In this document: in pieces, positions 36,857-48,363 of the stretch
How the letters are laid out: each line of letters starts with the position of its first letter
How positions within the stretch are numbered: the stretch's first letter is position 1
Translations under genes and position numbers: made by a program
Notes under the pieces: generated by a model
What the model was told of the DNA's origin: nothing
Databases searched by the model: none
The model's input: the letters and a program-made list of their open reading frames with translations, nothing else
NCBI RefSeq assembly: GCF_006345805.1
Contig: NC_043017.1
Span: 9,362,001-9,426,000, forward strand
Length of the DNA stretch: 64,000 nt
Direction: 5' to 3'
DNA from: Octopus sinensis
Taxonomy: Eukaryota

Positions 36857-38366
36857 ATGTTGTCATTGACTGTGTGGTATATGCCTTGACGGACTGCAGC
36901 TGTCATTGACAGTAGGGTGTATGTCTTGACGGTGGATAGGGAGTTGTTGTCATTGACAATAGTAATATGTTTTGAAAAAGAGATAGTGAGGTATTAGGAG
37001 TGAAATGGGAACAAAGAGTCTTGTTGAAGCTGGTCAAATCTGTTGCAGTTGTACATGTGTGATGAGTTAGGACTGTGCTGTTAAAGCAGCAGCATCTTGT
37101 ATTGGTCAGTGAAGGTTTGACCTTTGGTTCTAACCATTTTCTCTTCTAGATCTGTTCTAGATTGTGTGTGTGTGTGTGTGCTTTTTCATGATTGTGTGTA
37201 TGTGCACATAGCACAGAATAACAGTGAGAAAGAGCAGTGAGAAGCCAGCCCTGGCGGAGCAGGCAAAGATCACAGGCATTCTATGTATGACCATCCCATT
37301 TATTTATTTTTCTTCAGCAGGGTATGGTTGTGGGTTCAGTCCCACTGCTCAGTACCTTGGGCAAGCGTCTTCTACTATAGCCCTGGGGACGGCCGATACT
37401 TTGTTAATGGATTTGGTATATCAGTGGATTTATGTATATGTATGTGTGTGTTTGTGTATGCATACACACACACACAGATACATGTATGTTTGTCTGTTTG
37501 TCCCTTGACAACCATTGTTGGTTTGTATACATCCCCATAACTTAGTGGTTTGGGCAAAAAAGGCCGATAAGATAAGTACTAAATTTTTAAAATGTGCTAG
37601 CAGGGTGCCATGCTAGTAGGGTGCCAAGAGCACCATCCTAGCATGATCATTGCCAGAGCAGCCAACTGGCTCCGTGCAGATGGCACGTAAAAGGGCACCA
37701 TTCAAGCGTGATCGTTACCAACGTTGCCTTACTGGCACCTGTGTAGGTGGCATGTGTACAAAGATTCGAGTGAGGTCGTTGCCAGTACCGCCTGACTGGC
37801 CCCGTGCCGGTGACACATAAAAAGCACCCACTACACTCTTGGAGTGGTTGGCGTTAGGAAGGGCATCCAGCTGTAGAAACTCTGCCAGATCAAGATTGGA
37901 GCCTGGTGCAGCCATCTGGTTCGCCAGCCCTCAGTCAAAATCGTCCAACCCATGCTAGCATGGAAGGCGGACGTTAAACAATAATGATGATGATGATTAC
38001 TAGGATCTGCATGTTCAACGAAACCTTCAAGGAGATGCCCCAGTATGGCCAGAGCCCAATGACCAAAAAAAAAAAAAAAGAAAAGATTACATTATCCAAT
38101 GTAATTTTTTTTTTTCTTTCCTTGTATTTTTAAGACATTAATCTGTTACATGTGAGGTATTTGACTGCTATTTCTAAATGTCAAGCAGACGTCAGGTTGG
38201 GCCTGCCGAGCAAGTTTCATGTTTGTTCAACAGATTCCATCAATGTTTTAACACTTCTGTGTTTACACATTTTCTTTCTTACGTTTATGTTTGCCCGAAG
38301 TCTGTGCATGGAATCTTCAATTGTTGTTGTTTTGTGTGTGTGTGTGTGTGTTTATGTATGTATGTA

Positions 38367-38405
<39 letters not shown>

Positions 38406-38557
38406 TGTATATGTATATGTATATATATAATATATATATATCTATATATATGTATAATATATAAATTCGGGTGAGTACTTGTAATTATAAGCACCTGTGT
38501 ATACCCGTTTGGTGGTGTGATATATGTGTATATATATTATATATATATAATATGGTG

Positions 38558-38597
<40 letters not shown>

Positions 38598-38663
38598 TAT
38601 ATTATATATATATATTTATGTATATAATGTATATATATGTAATATATATATATATATATAGTG

Positions 38664-38717
<54 letters not shown>

Positions 38718-38725
38718 TATATATG

Positions 38726-38757
<32 letters not shown>

Positions 38758-39102
38758 GCCTCAGTCGGATGGCTGAAACAAGTAAAAGAGTAAAAGAGTA
38801 AAAGAGTAAAAGAGTATATATATATATGTTTGTATCTACGTTTTTATGTAGATGTATATATATGTATATATAGATATGAGGGTTGTAGTTAGCTGTGTAT
38901 GTATATATTGTTTATGTGTATCTATATATATGTGTCTGTATATATATGCTTGTATGTATGAATATATATTTATTCATTTTTTTTTCTTTACCCTTTCAGG
39001 TTTACATATTAAACATCTCTCTCTACCAGTTTTGGAATTTATTTTCACAGGTAAACAACAACAAAAACAGCAAATTTATTATTATTATTATTATTATTAT
39101 TA

Positions 39103-39141
<39 letters not shown>

Positions 39142-39394
39142 CAGTTGTTATCACTCATTTATTTACTAAACATTCATCAACATCATCATCATCATCATCA
39201 CTACCACCATCATCATCATTTTAATTATAATCATCATCATCATCACCATCCTACCACAACCATCACCACAACTACCATTTCACCACCAATACCTTCACAT
39301 TACGAGGATACAAACACACCAATACCGTTTGTCAAATGGTGATGGGGGACAAACAAACACACACACACACATATATGTATGTATGTATATATAA

Positions 39395-39775
39395 GTGCAG
39401 ACATGGCTGTGTGGTAAGAAGCTTGCTTCCCAACCACATGGTTCTGGGTTCAGCCCCACTGCATGGAATCTTGGACAGATATCTTCTACTACAGCCTCAG
39501 GCTGAACAAAGCCTTGTGAGTTGATTTGGTAGATGGAAACTGAGAGAAGCCTGTCGTATATATATATATTTTTATGTGTGTGTCTTTGTGTTTGTCTCCC
39601 CACCGTCGCTTGGCAACCAATGTTGGTATATTTACATCTCCATAACTTAGCAGTTCGTCAAAAGATATCAATAGAATAAGTACAAAGAATAAGCTCCTGA
39701 GGTTGATTTCTTCAATTAAAAGGTGGTGCTCCAGCATGGCCACAGTCAAACGACTGAAGCAAATAGAAGAATATA
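39395..39775 (+). mobile_element. SINE family B, near full length
   Basis: Matches 13328-13743. Confidence 0.8.
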
Positions 39776-40007
39776 TGGTATATAATCCGTATTAAATTAA
39801 GAGAAGAAAATGGAGAATTATTGGTTAATATTTATTTATTAATAAATCGACAATCATTTCTTCCTACAGCTGTTTTCATTTGTACTCATTGAATAAATTA
39901 AAAATTTATGCATTAAATTTGCATTAATAAATTACGAGCAAAATATCATCAGAGAAAAGTCGGACATTAAAAAAATACATGTTGACCTATCTGTTCATTC
40001 CAATAGA

Positions 40008-40048
<41 letters not shown>

Positions 40049-40126
40049 GATCAGCAACAATTTAGATTCAAATGTAGTATGAAACAATTGTACTAAATTA
40101 CCGGATTCATTCTTGTTGCTTATTTT

Positions 40127-40158
<32 letters not shown>

Positions 40159-40164
<6 letters not shown>

Positions 40165-40385
40165 TTTACTTACCCACACAAGGGGCTACACACAGAGGGG
40201 ACAAATAAGGACAGACAAACGGATTACGTCGACCCCAGTGCGTAACTGGTACTTAATTTATCGACCCCGAAAGGATGAAAGGCAAAGTCAACCTCGGCGG
40301 AATTTGAACTCAGAACATAACAGCAGACGAAATACAGCTACGCATTTCGCCGAGCGTGCTAACGTTTCTGCCAGCTCGCCGCCTT
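40159..40385 (-). mobile_element. SINE family A, full length
   Basis: Reverse complement of the family consensus. Confidence 0.85.
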
Positions 40386-40386
40386 G

Positions 40387-40421
<35 letters not shown>

Positions 40422-41597
40422 TTATACAACAGGCATCTTTCAGTTTCTGTCTACCAAATCCACTCACAGGTCTTTGGTCAGCCTGAGGCTATAGTAGAAG
40501 ACACTTGCCCAAGGTGCCACAAAGTGGGACTGAACCTGGAAACATATGGTTGGGAAACAAGCTTCTTACCATACAACCACACCACTCCTGCACAAATGAT
40601 AAGATTACGTTTAGAATGACATTGCAGGGCAGGTGTGAGAGGCTGAATATGGCTGGTTTGATTGTTAATCCTTTAGCATTTCAGATTACTTTATCATATA
40701 TGATGTTTGTTTATGCACATTGTTTTCAATTAATCAATCGTTATCATGCAATTGAACGACATTGTAGGGTGAGTGTGAAAGGCTGGATCTGGCCACTTTG
40801 AACACAATACCGGCCAAGATACTTGGGCCTAATATGACTGCTTTAAATGTTAATCCCTGTTTTGAATTAAACATGGATTATGTTGTACAGTTGTTCCCAA
40901 AGTGGGTGGCACTGCTCCCCCTATCTCCACCCGGGGGGGGAGATTCAGTGTGGGCATTGAAGGAAAGGGGAGATGGTAACGGGGTGGCCAATGGATGTAA
41001 AAGCAAACAAAATAATGGGTTAATTAGGTCAAGTTTTATTTGTGAAATATGGGGTTTTTCGAGTTGAGATTTAGCGTGGGGTGGCAGGAGGTGGCAGCCC
41101 GGAAAAACTTGCAGAACCATTGTAGAGTAGATTTGAGACTTCAATAATATGGTTGCTTATTTTTAGAATGACATTGTCAGATAGGTGTGAGAGGCTGGAT
41201 CTGGCCAGTCTGAGCATAAAACAGGTAGAATCTTTATGTTGGATATGACCAGTTTAAATGTTAGAGGGTTAATCAAGGCCTTACCTGGGGTTAAACAACA
41301 ACAACTTGCTAGTCTTTAAGACAAAGGTTAGTGTGTGTGTGTGTGTGATAATGACCTTGACCTCTGACCTACCACTTTCTCTTCCTCTCTTCTTATCTTT
41401 CACCTTGGAGTGGGATTTGCTATGCTAGTTATCATGGTGGTGACCATGACCCTTGGTCATAATCTGATGTTACCTCCTCCTCTTCTGCTTCTCCTCTTTC
41501 TCTTCTCTTCTCCACCTCTCACTATTGTACTGTTGACCTTCATATCTGTGGCAAGACAAGGTGTTGGGAGATTTGAGTGGGAGGTCTGAGTGCTTTG

Positions 41598-41631
<34 letters not shown>

Positions 41632-41699
41632 TCTCTCTCTTTCTTCCCATCTCTCTCTCTCTCTTCCCACTGCCACCCTCAGTTTATCACGTAGCACTT

Positions 41700-41839
41700 T
41701 GCACTTTTAGATAGATACCAATAAATACACACACATACATTCATACACACACACATACATACACACATATATTTACTTAATAGTATACACATACACATTG
41801 AGACATATATATTATATATATATATATATACACTGGCAC

Positions 41840-41873
<34 letters not shown>

Positions 41874-41886
41874 CATATATATATAT

Positions 41887-41930
<44 letters not shown>

Positions 41931-42115
41931 TATCGATGTGTATATATATATAGATACAATCATGCATATACACTCACACATAAACTCATAATTACTCAAC
42001 CACAGATACATACCTACATTCATTCATGCATATAGACATACACACACATACACACAGCGCTGCACTCCCCATGACACACTTGTATACCAATACAAATAGC
42101 TTTTGTTGTAGGAGT

Positions 42116-42146
<31 letters not shown>

Positions 42147-42438
42147 GAGCATGCATGCATCACATATGTACACACACACATATATATATATATATAGCCA
42201 CAATGTGTGCTAACATAGAAACAACTTGTAACCCAATTCTCTCTATAAACACACACACACAAAACACATATACATATATACTAACAAAGCAACAATCCAT
42301 ACAGTTTGTATAACCATAGATACAATATATATATAGAACACACACATGCACACACACATGCAATACACCAACGCACACCACACACACAACATTATATATA
42401 TATAGATATATATATATATAACACACACATATATATAT

Positions 42439-42479
<41 letters not shown>

Positions 42480-43034
42480 CTTATCGATGTGTATATATAT
42501 ATAGATACAATCATGCATATACACTCACACACCATAAACTCATAATTACTCAACCACAGATACATACCTACATTCATTCATGCATATAGACATACACACA
42601 CATACCACATACGCTGCACTCCCCATGACACACTTGTATACCAATACAAATAGCTTTTGTTGTAGGAGTCACACACACACACACACATATATAATATGAG
42701 CATGCCAGGCATCACTCTCCATATGTATACCACACACATATATATATATATATAGCCACAAATGTGTGCTAACATAGAAACAACTTGTAACCCAATTCTT
42801 CTCTATAAACACACACACACAAACACATATACATAGTATACTAACAAGCACATATCCATACAGTGTATTAAACCATAGATACAATATATATATAGACACA
42901 TACACATGCACACACACATGCAATACACCAACGCACCACACACACACACATATATATATATATATACATATATATATACACACACGGCCACATACCACAC
43001 ACACATGCAATACACCAACAAACACATACCACCA

Positions 43035-43085
<51 letters not shown>
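41700..43085. repeat. About 550-bp tandem duplication of microsatellite-rich sequence (about 2.4 units)
   Basis: Unique anchors recur at 41953/42504 and 42196/42754. Confidence 0.8.
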
Positions 43086-43086
<1 letters not shown>

Positions 43087-43308
43087 GGCACATACACACA
43101 CATATCTATTGTGTAATTTGATCTGATGTATTGGCTTGAAATAGGACACAACCACTCTGTGTGTGTGTGTGTGTATGTGTGTGGTGTGTGTGTGTGTGTG
43201 GTTTGTTGTTGGGGCCTCATTGTTTGTGTGTGTGTGCGTCTGCTTATCTATACTTGCTTATTTTCTCTATCTACCTCTCCATCTCTCTCTTCTCTCTCTC
43301 TCTCTACC

Positions 43309-43341
<33 letters not shown>

Positions 43342-44999
43342 TACACGCACACACACGTGTGTGTATATATGCAATCAAGTGTTATATGTCTGTATATTTG
43401 GATTTCTGGGTTAGTGTAATGGATGTAAATGAGCATGTATATACATGTATCTGTGTGTGTGCTCCAGCATGACCACAGCTGAAACAAATAAAAGAATATA
43501 TATACACCCACATGACTAAGAATGTACACACTCATACATATGCACATTCTCTCTCTCTCTTCTCTCTCTCTCTTCTCTCTCTTCTCTCTCTCTCTTTCTC
43601 TCTCTCTCTTTCTCTCCCTCCCCCCACTGAATGTTCTTTGTCTTAATTTTCTTATAAAAGGAAGAAAAGATGTGAGTGAGAAAGGACACATTTGTGTGAT
43701 GTCAGGGTTGTGGTCACTCCCACCATCACCATTATCCCCACATCATCATCATCACCATCACCATCCTCTTTGCCACTGCCTTCATCATCACCACCACTAC
43801 CTTTGTCATCATTACTGCTTCACCACCATCATCACTTTGATTGCCACTAACACCTTCATCATCATTATCAATATCATCATCACCATTGGCATTATTGTCT
43901 GCAGTATCGTCATCGTTGTCGTCATCATCATCATCATCATCTCATTAACTTCAACGTCAATGTTGTCAGGAGATTTTAACTGCTATTTTTAGCTGGTCCA
44001 GCAACCATGTCAAGTGGTGGTCCTCAATGGTTTCTCTTACCTGAGGACTCCTTTGATTCTCATTTTTCCCAGGTGGACCCTCATACCTATTCAATGTTTA
44101 AAAAATCCTAATAGATTTTTTTATAATTAAATATAATTAGGAAACCATATAAAAATAATTATTAAAATATTTTGTGTATTTTACAAGTAAAACCAATTTA
44201 CTGCAAAATTTCACATGGACCCCACAATGGGCCATATGGACCCCAGTTTGGAACCACTGATGTAGAGACTCCCTTATTGGCTTGAACATGTTGTTATTTA
44301 ACCCCTGGATCAGCTGTGAACTAAGTGACCTATAATTCGAGTCCATCCCATTGTGATTGCACTTTGGTACACATTCAGCAAGACAAGGCTGTTTTTTCCA
44401 CCCTGCATCTCTGTTGCAACGATACATTCATAAGTGCTTATACCTGCCTTTGTGTTGAAGGTGTTTAGACAGATGAATATGCATGCACATACCTTGAAAG
44501 TCTCTGCCAGAGGTACTCAACCATTTTTTTTACCTATGAACTCCCTTAGATCCTTATTTCACTTGTGCAGACCCTCATTGCCATTTTTGCTGTTTTAAAA
44601 GCAGTACAAAAACAACAAAAAATGGAAGGTGCAGTTATGTACAGGTTGACGGAAGAAAAGCAGGACGAAAACGATGCATGCAAATGGGTTAGCTGGAGGT
44701 AAATCTAGATGGAAAAGCATGATGAATTTATGAGAACGTAGGCGCGGGCATGGTTGTGTGGTTAGGGATCTTGCTTCCTAGCTACTTTGGGTAGGTGTCT
44801 TCTACTATAGCCTCGAGCCGACCGGAGCTTTGTGATTGAATTCGGTAGGTGGAAGTTACTGCCGTGTGTGTATGTGTGCGTGTAGCTGCTCAGTGCCTCT
44901 CCGAAAGAGAGAGAGGGTACCTGGGACAATAATAAGTTTATCCAATAAAACATGTAGGAAATCAACTTGGGTTGATTTTTGATGAAAAGCAACAACCTA

Positions 45000-45238
45000 G
45001 GGAACTAAGTAACTAATTTTAAGCTAACATACTTTACAGGATGTTCAAGGGCATAGAAAGCTAGTGGGGCGCCGCCTTGTAAATCGCATTCTCATCTGGA
45101 ATCGATTTTCTTAATTTTTTCAAGACTTATACACGCCCTGATGCCGTTGGTATCTAGATATCAAATTTGAGCACAATCAGATGGAGGGTGCCCGAGATCC
45201 TAGAAGACACACAAAACACAGACAGACAGAATGGATTT

Positions 45239-45245
<7 letters not shown>
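45000..45245. mobile_element. Possible Helitron/Helentron-derived (DINE-1/Lep1-like) end
   Basis: caaatttgagcacaatcagatggaggg..gagat..acacagacagacaga..ttttatatata layout recalls these elements; single copy here. Confidence 0.3.
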
Positions 45246-45282
<37 letters not shown>

Positions 45283-45293
45283 TATATATATAT

Positions 45294-45450
45294 AAAGTTA
45301 ATCCAAACAAGAAAGCACAAAAAAACACAACAACGCGAGGACGTGGAACAAATATAGTATTATTGGACGCTCAGGAAAGAAGGAGGGTTTAACGTTTCGA
45401 GCGGAGCTCTTCGTCGGAAAGGAGAAGGAAAGATCCAGGGAAGGGAAGAC
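45294..45450 (-). mobile_element. Second copy of the hammerhead-bearing Penelope-like fragment
   Basis: Matches 31795-31912 and is flanked by (TA)n on both sides. Confidence 0.55.
45387..45421 (-). ncRNA. Hammerhead motif, same family as 31878, core CCGACGA (U4C)
   Basis: Minus strand CUUU-CCGACGA-A-GAGC-UCC-GCUC-GAAAC-GUU-AAAC. Confidence 0.5.
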
Positions 45451-45923
45451 ATATATATATATATATGGCATTAGGAAGGGCATCCTGGTGGCGTTAAGAA
45501 GGGCATCCAGCTGTAGAAACTCTGCCAGATCAGATTGGAGTCTGGTTCACCAGATCTCAGTCAAATCGTCCAACCCATGCTAGCATGGAAAGCGGACGTT
45601 AAATGATGATGATATAAAAGAATACAGAAAATAGGACAACAATGCAACAGATGACAACAAAACATCCAGACAGTTGGATGATACAAAAAGGGTCATTCAG
45701 AGTTTTCTTTCGTCAGTCGAGTTCCAGATTATCTTTGCAGTTGATGAAAGAAAATTCCGAATGACTTGTCCTTGGTTTTTCATATCCCTTTTTTTTTTAT
45801 ATCATCCAACTGTCTGGATGTTTTGTTGTCACCTGTTGTGTTGTTGTCCCATTTGTTGTATTCTTTTTTGTATACATATAGCAAGTGTACATACAGTTTG
45901 GTCCCTCTGTCTGTCTGTCTCTC

Positions 45924-45977
<54 letters not shown>

Positions 45978-46108
45978 CCTGCTCGCTTAGCCAGCAGGGT
46001 GGCGTCATTTGAAGGGTAAAACAATGCAAAACGCATTGTGACCAGCGATGTGTAGCAACATCTGATAGCCTGGTCTATCACGGTGATATATATATATATA
46101 TAATTTAG

Positions 46109-46165
46109 AAACTTTAAGCTTTGGGTTATTCACCAGATAGGAGAGTAGTACATCTATTTATCTAT

Positions 46166-46205
<40 letters not shown>

Positions 46206-46263
46206 ATAGATAGATAGATGTACTTACTTTCCTATCTGGTGAATAACCCAAAGCTTAAAGTTT
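46109..46263. repeat. 155-bp near-perfect palindrome centred on (AT)18
   Basis: Arm 46109-46167 versus the reverse complement of 46204-46263 shows 2 substitutions and 1 indel. Confidence 0.9.
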
Positions 46264-47133
46264 TAACCCAAAATTGATGTCCTGTTGTTGAAAACCACTT
46301 CACTTCCCCTTATGCTTATAGCCTTCTTTGGAAAAAAGCATTGTTGTCCCCCACCACACACACGCACACACACATACACACACACACACACGTGCACTGT
46401 TGCACCCTTCTTCTATACAACCGTGTTGTTGTTGTCGATGCTGCTGCAACTAACACATGACCAGAAAGGAGTGGTGTTTCCAGTAATAATGTCATGCGCT
46501 AAGCCAGCCCTGACATCATCTGGCTTTGCCATCGTCCTGGTACATTTGCTAGAATAATGGGGCATGATTCAAGTGAAATTATTCAACTAATTGCTTGGGA
46601 CTCTCATCACCTCACCCTCATCCTCACCTCACTTTGACCCCATATCACCTTGCCTCCTGTAATTATCTAAACAGCATAACAACAACAATAACAAATATAA
46701 CTTCTGTTGTTGACTACATTATCTCTTTTCACATCCTTGTTTCGAATCAGACCAACCAGCCAACCAGCTCTGTGTCCAGCCTGGTAGGTTACCAACAATC
46801 CCCTTGTTCAAACACCACACCACCACCTTGTACCTCCAACCCACAATGTCCTAGTTTTTTTCTTTTCTTTTCTTTTTTTTTGTTGAGCTGAGGGGTGAGA
46901 GGTCATCTTTAAAACATCTTATTTAGCCAAATTTCTGCTCAAGATTACCCTTTGTCTTCTAGTCTTTGCAACACTTACTTCATCACAGACATACATTCCT
47001 TCTCTGTCACTAATTCCTAACCATCACCACCACCACCACCACCACCACCACTAGAAGACACTGATCTTCCCTTCCTTATTCTTCCTCATCCCTATTTTTT
47101 TCTAGTTTCTCTAACCTTCACATTTGTTGAAAC

Positions 47134-47609
47134 CAGTGATTCTCAGTTGGGTTCCATATGACTCTTGAGGTTCCATATAAGGCGGCGAGCTGGCTGAAAC
47201 GTTAGCACGCCGGGCGAAATGCGTAGCCGTATTTCGTCTGTCGTTACGTTCTGAGTTCAAATTCCGCTGAGGTCGACTTTGCCTTTCATCCTTTCGGGGT
47301 CGATAAATTAAGTACCAGTTACGCAATGGGATCGATGTAATCGACTTAATCCGTTTGTCTGTCCTTGTTTGTCCCCTCTATGTTTAGCCCCTTGTGGGTA
47401 GTAAAGAAACATATAAGGTTTTGTTGTTACGGTCTTTGAGCAATAAAACTGGTTATACATCCACAATACACAAAATATTATAAGACTTTTTTTTAATTAA
47501 ATTCCCAATAATACTTAACTTTAAAAATATAATAAATGACTCAGAGCGTCCACCTGTGCAAATTAGGAATCAAAAAGGGTCCATAGGGGAAAATGGTTGA
47601 GAGCCACTA
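47134..47609. mobile_element. hAT/Charlie-like MITE hosting a SINE A
   Basis: CAGTGATTCTCA...TGGTTGAGAGCCACTA ends. Confidence 0.6.
47178..47411 (+). mobile_element. SINE family A inserted in a hAT-like MITE
   Basis: Full length; duplicated target CATATAAGG at 47174 and 47410. Confidence 0.85.
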
Positions 47610-48119
47610 GACTAAATGGTACCATTGTGTGTGTGTGTGTGTGTGTCCTGACATCACATCATAGTTGTAAAGAAACATCATCGTCATGCAAGGCAGATTG
47701 TTTGTTGGTTCCTCTCTCCCAAGAAAAACCATGTTAAGCCATTGATGGTGGGTGTGGGATATTACCTTTCTTGGGAAAAGATGAAGGTCGGCAACAGGAA
47801 AGGTATCCAGCTGTAGAAAATCTGCCTTCACAAATTCTGTCTGACCCATGCAGGCATAGAAAAGTGGATGTTAAAATTATGATGATGATGATGATAAAGC
47901 ATTTCTATTGAAGTCAAAAAATATTTTAGTTTGATTATAAAAGCAAAGAAAAACAGAAAGAAAGAAACCCCCTAATTAATTAGAAGATATATTAAAGATT
48001 TAAAACTTTTTTTAATTTTACTTTTTAAGATTTGCTCATTTTTTTTCTTTTCTTTTTGCAGTGTTTGTTAATTTTTCTTCTTTGCTTATTTCTTTATTTT
48101 GTTATCATTCATTTATTTA

Positions 48120-48184
48120 TTTGGTTGTTTGTTCTTAGTTTATTTTACTTATTTATTTAAAAATTTTTTTCTATGTTTTGCAGG
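48120..48184 (+). promoter_or_regulatory. Probable 3' splice acceptor of the exon that contains the whole CDS (exon starts about 48184)
   Basis: A long T-rich tract ends in ttttgCAG|G at 48181-48184, and base composition shifts abruptly afterwards. This implies an upstream non-coding exon. Confidence 0.6.
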
Positions 48185-48363
48185 ACTGGTGGAGCGACGC
48201 AGCACCTGTCCTATCTCCTCCACTTGTGTGTATGTGTCAACACTTCAGCCGACAGAACAAAAATGTTTACCTGTGAACAACCAGAGCACTTTACCTTAAT
48301 TAGCTTTGTCATTGTCTTGCCAACTTACTGCTACCACCACGACCCCTTGATCGTCGTGTAACC

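Noticed and set aside
39900-39935. Octamer ATTTGCAT cluster
   Set aside because: Single short match in very AT-rich sequence.
48040-48061. Alternative acceptor tttttgCAG at 48061
   Set aside because: Followed by another 120 nt of T-rich intron-like sequence; 48184 fits better, though minor use is not excluded.
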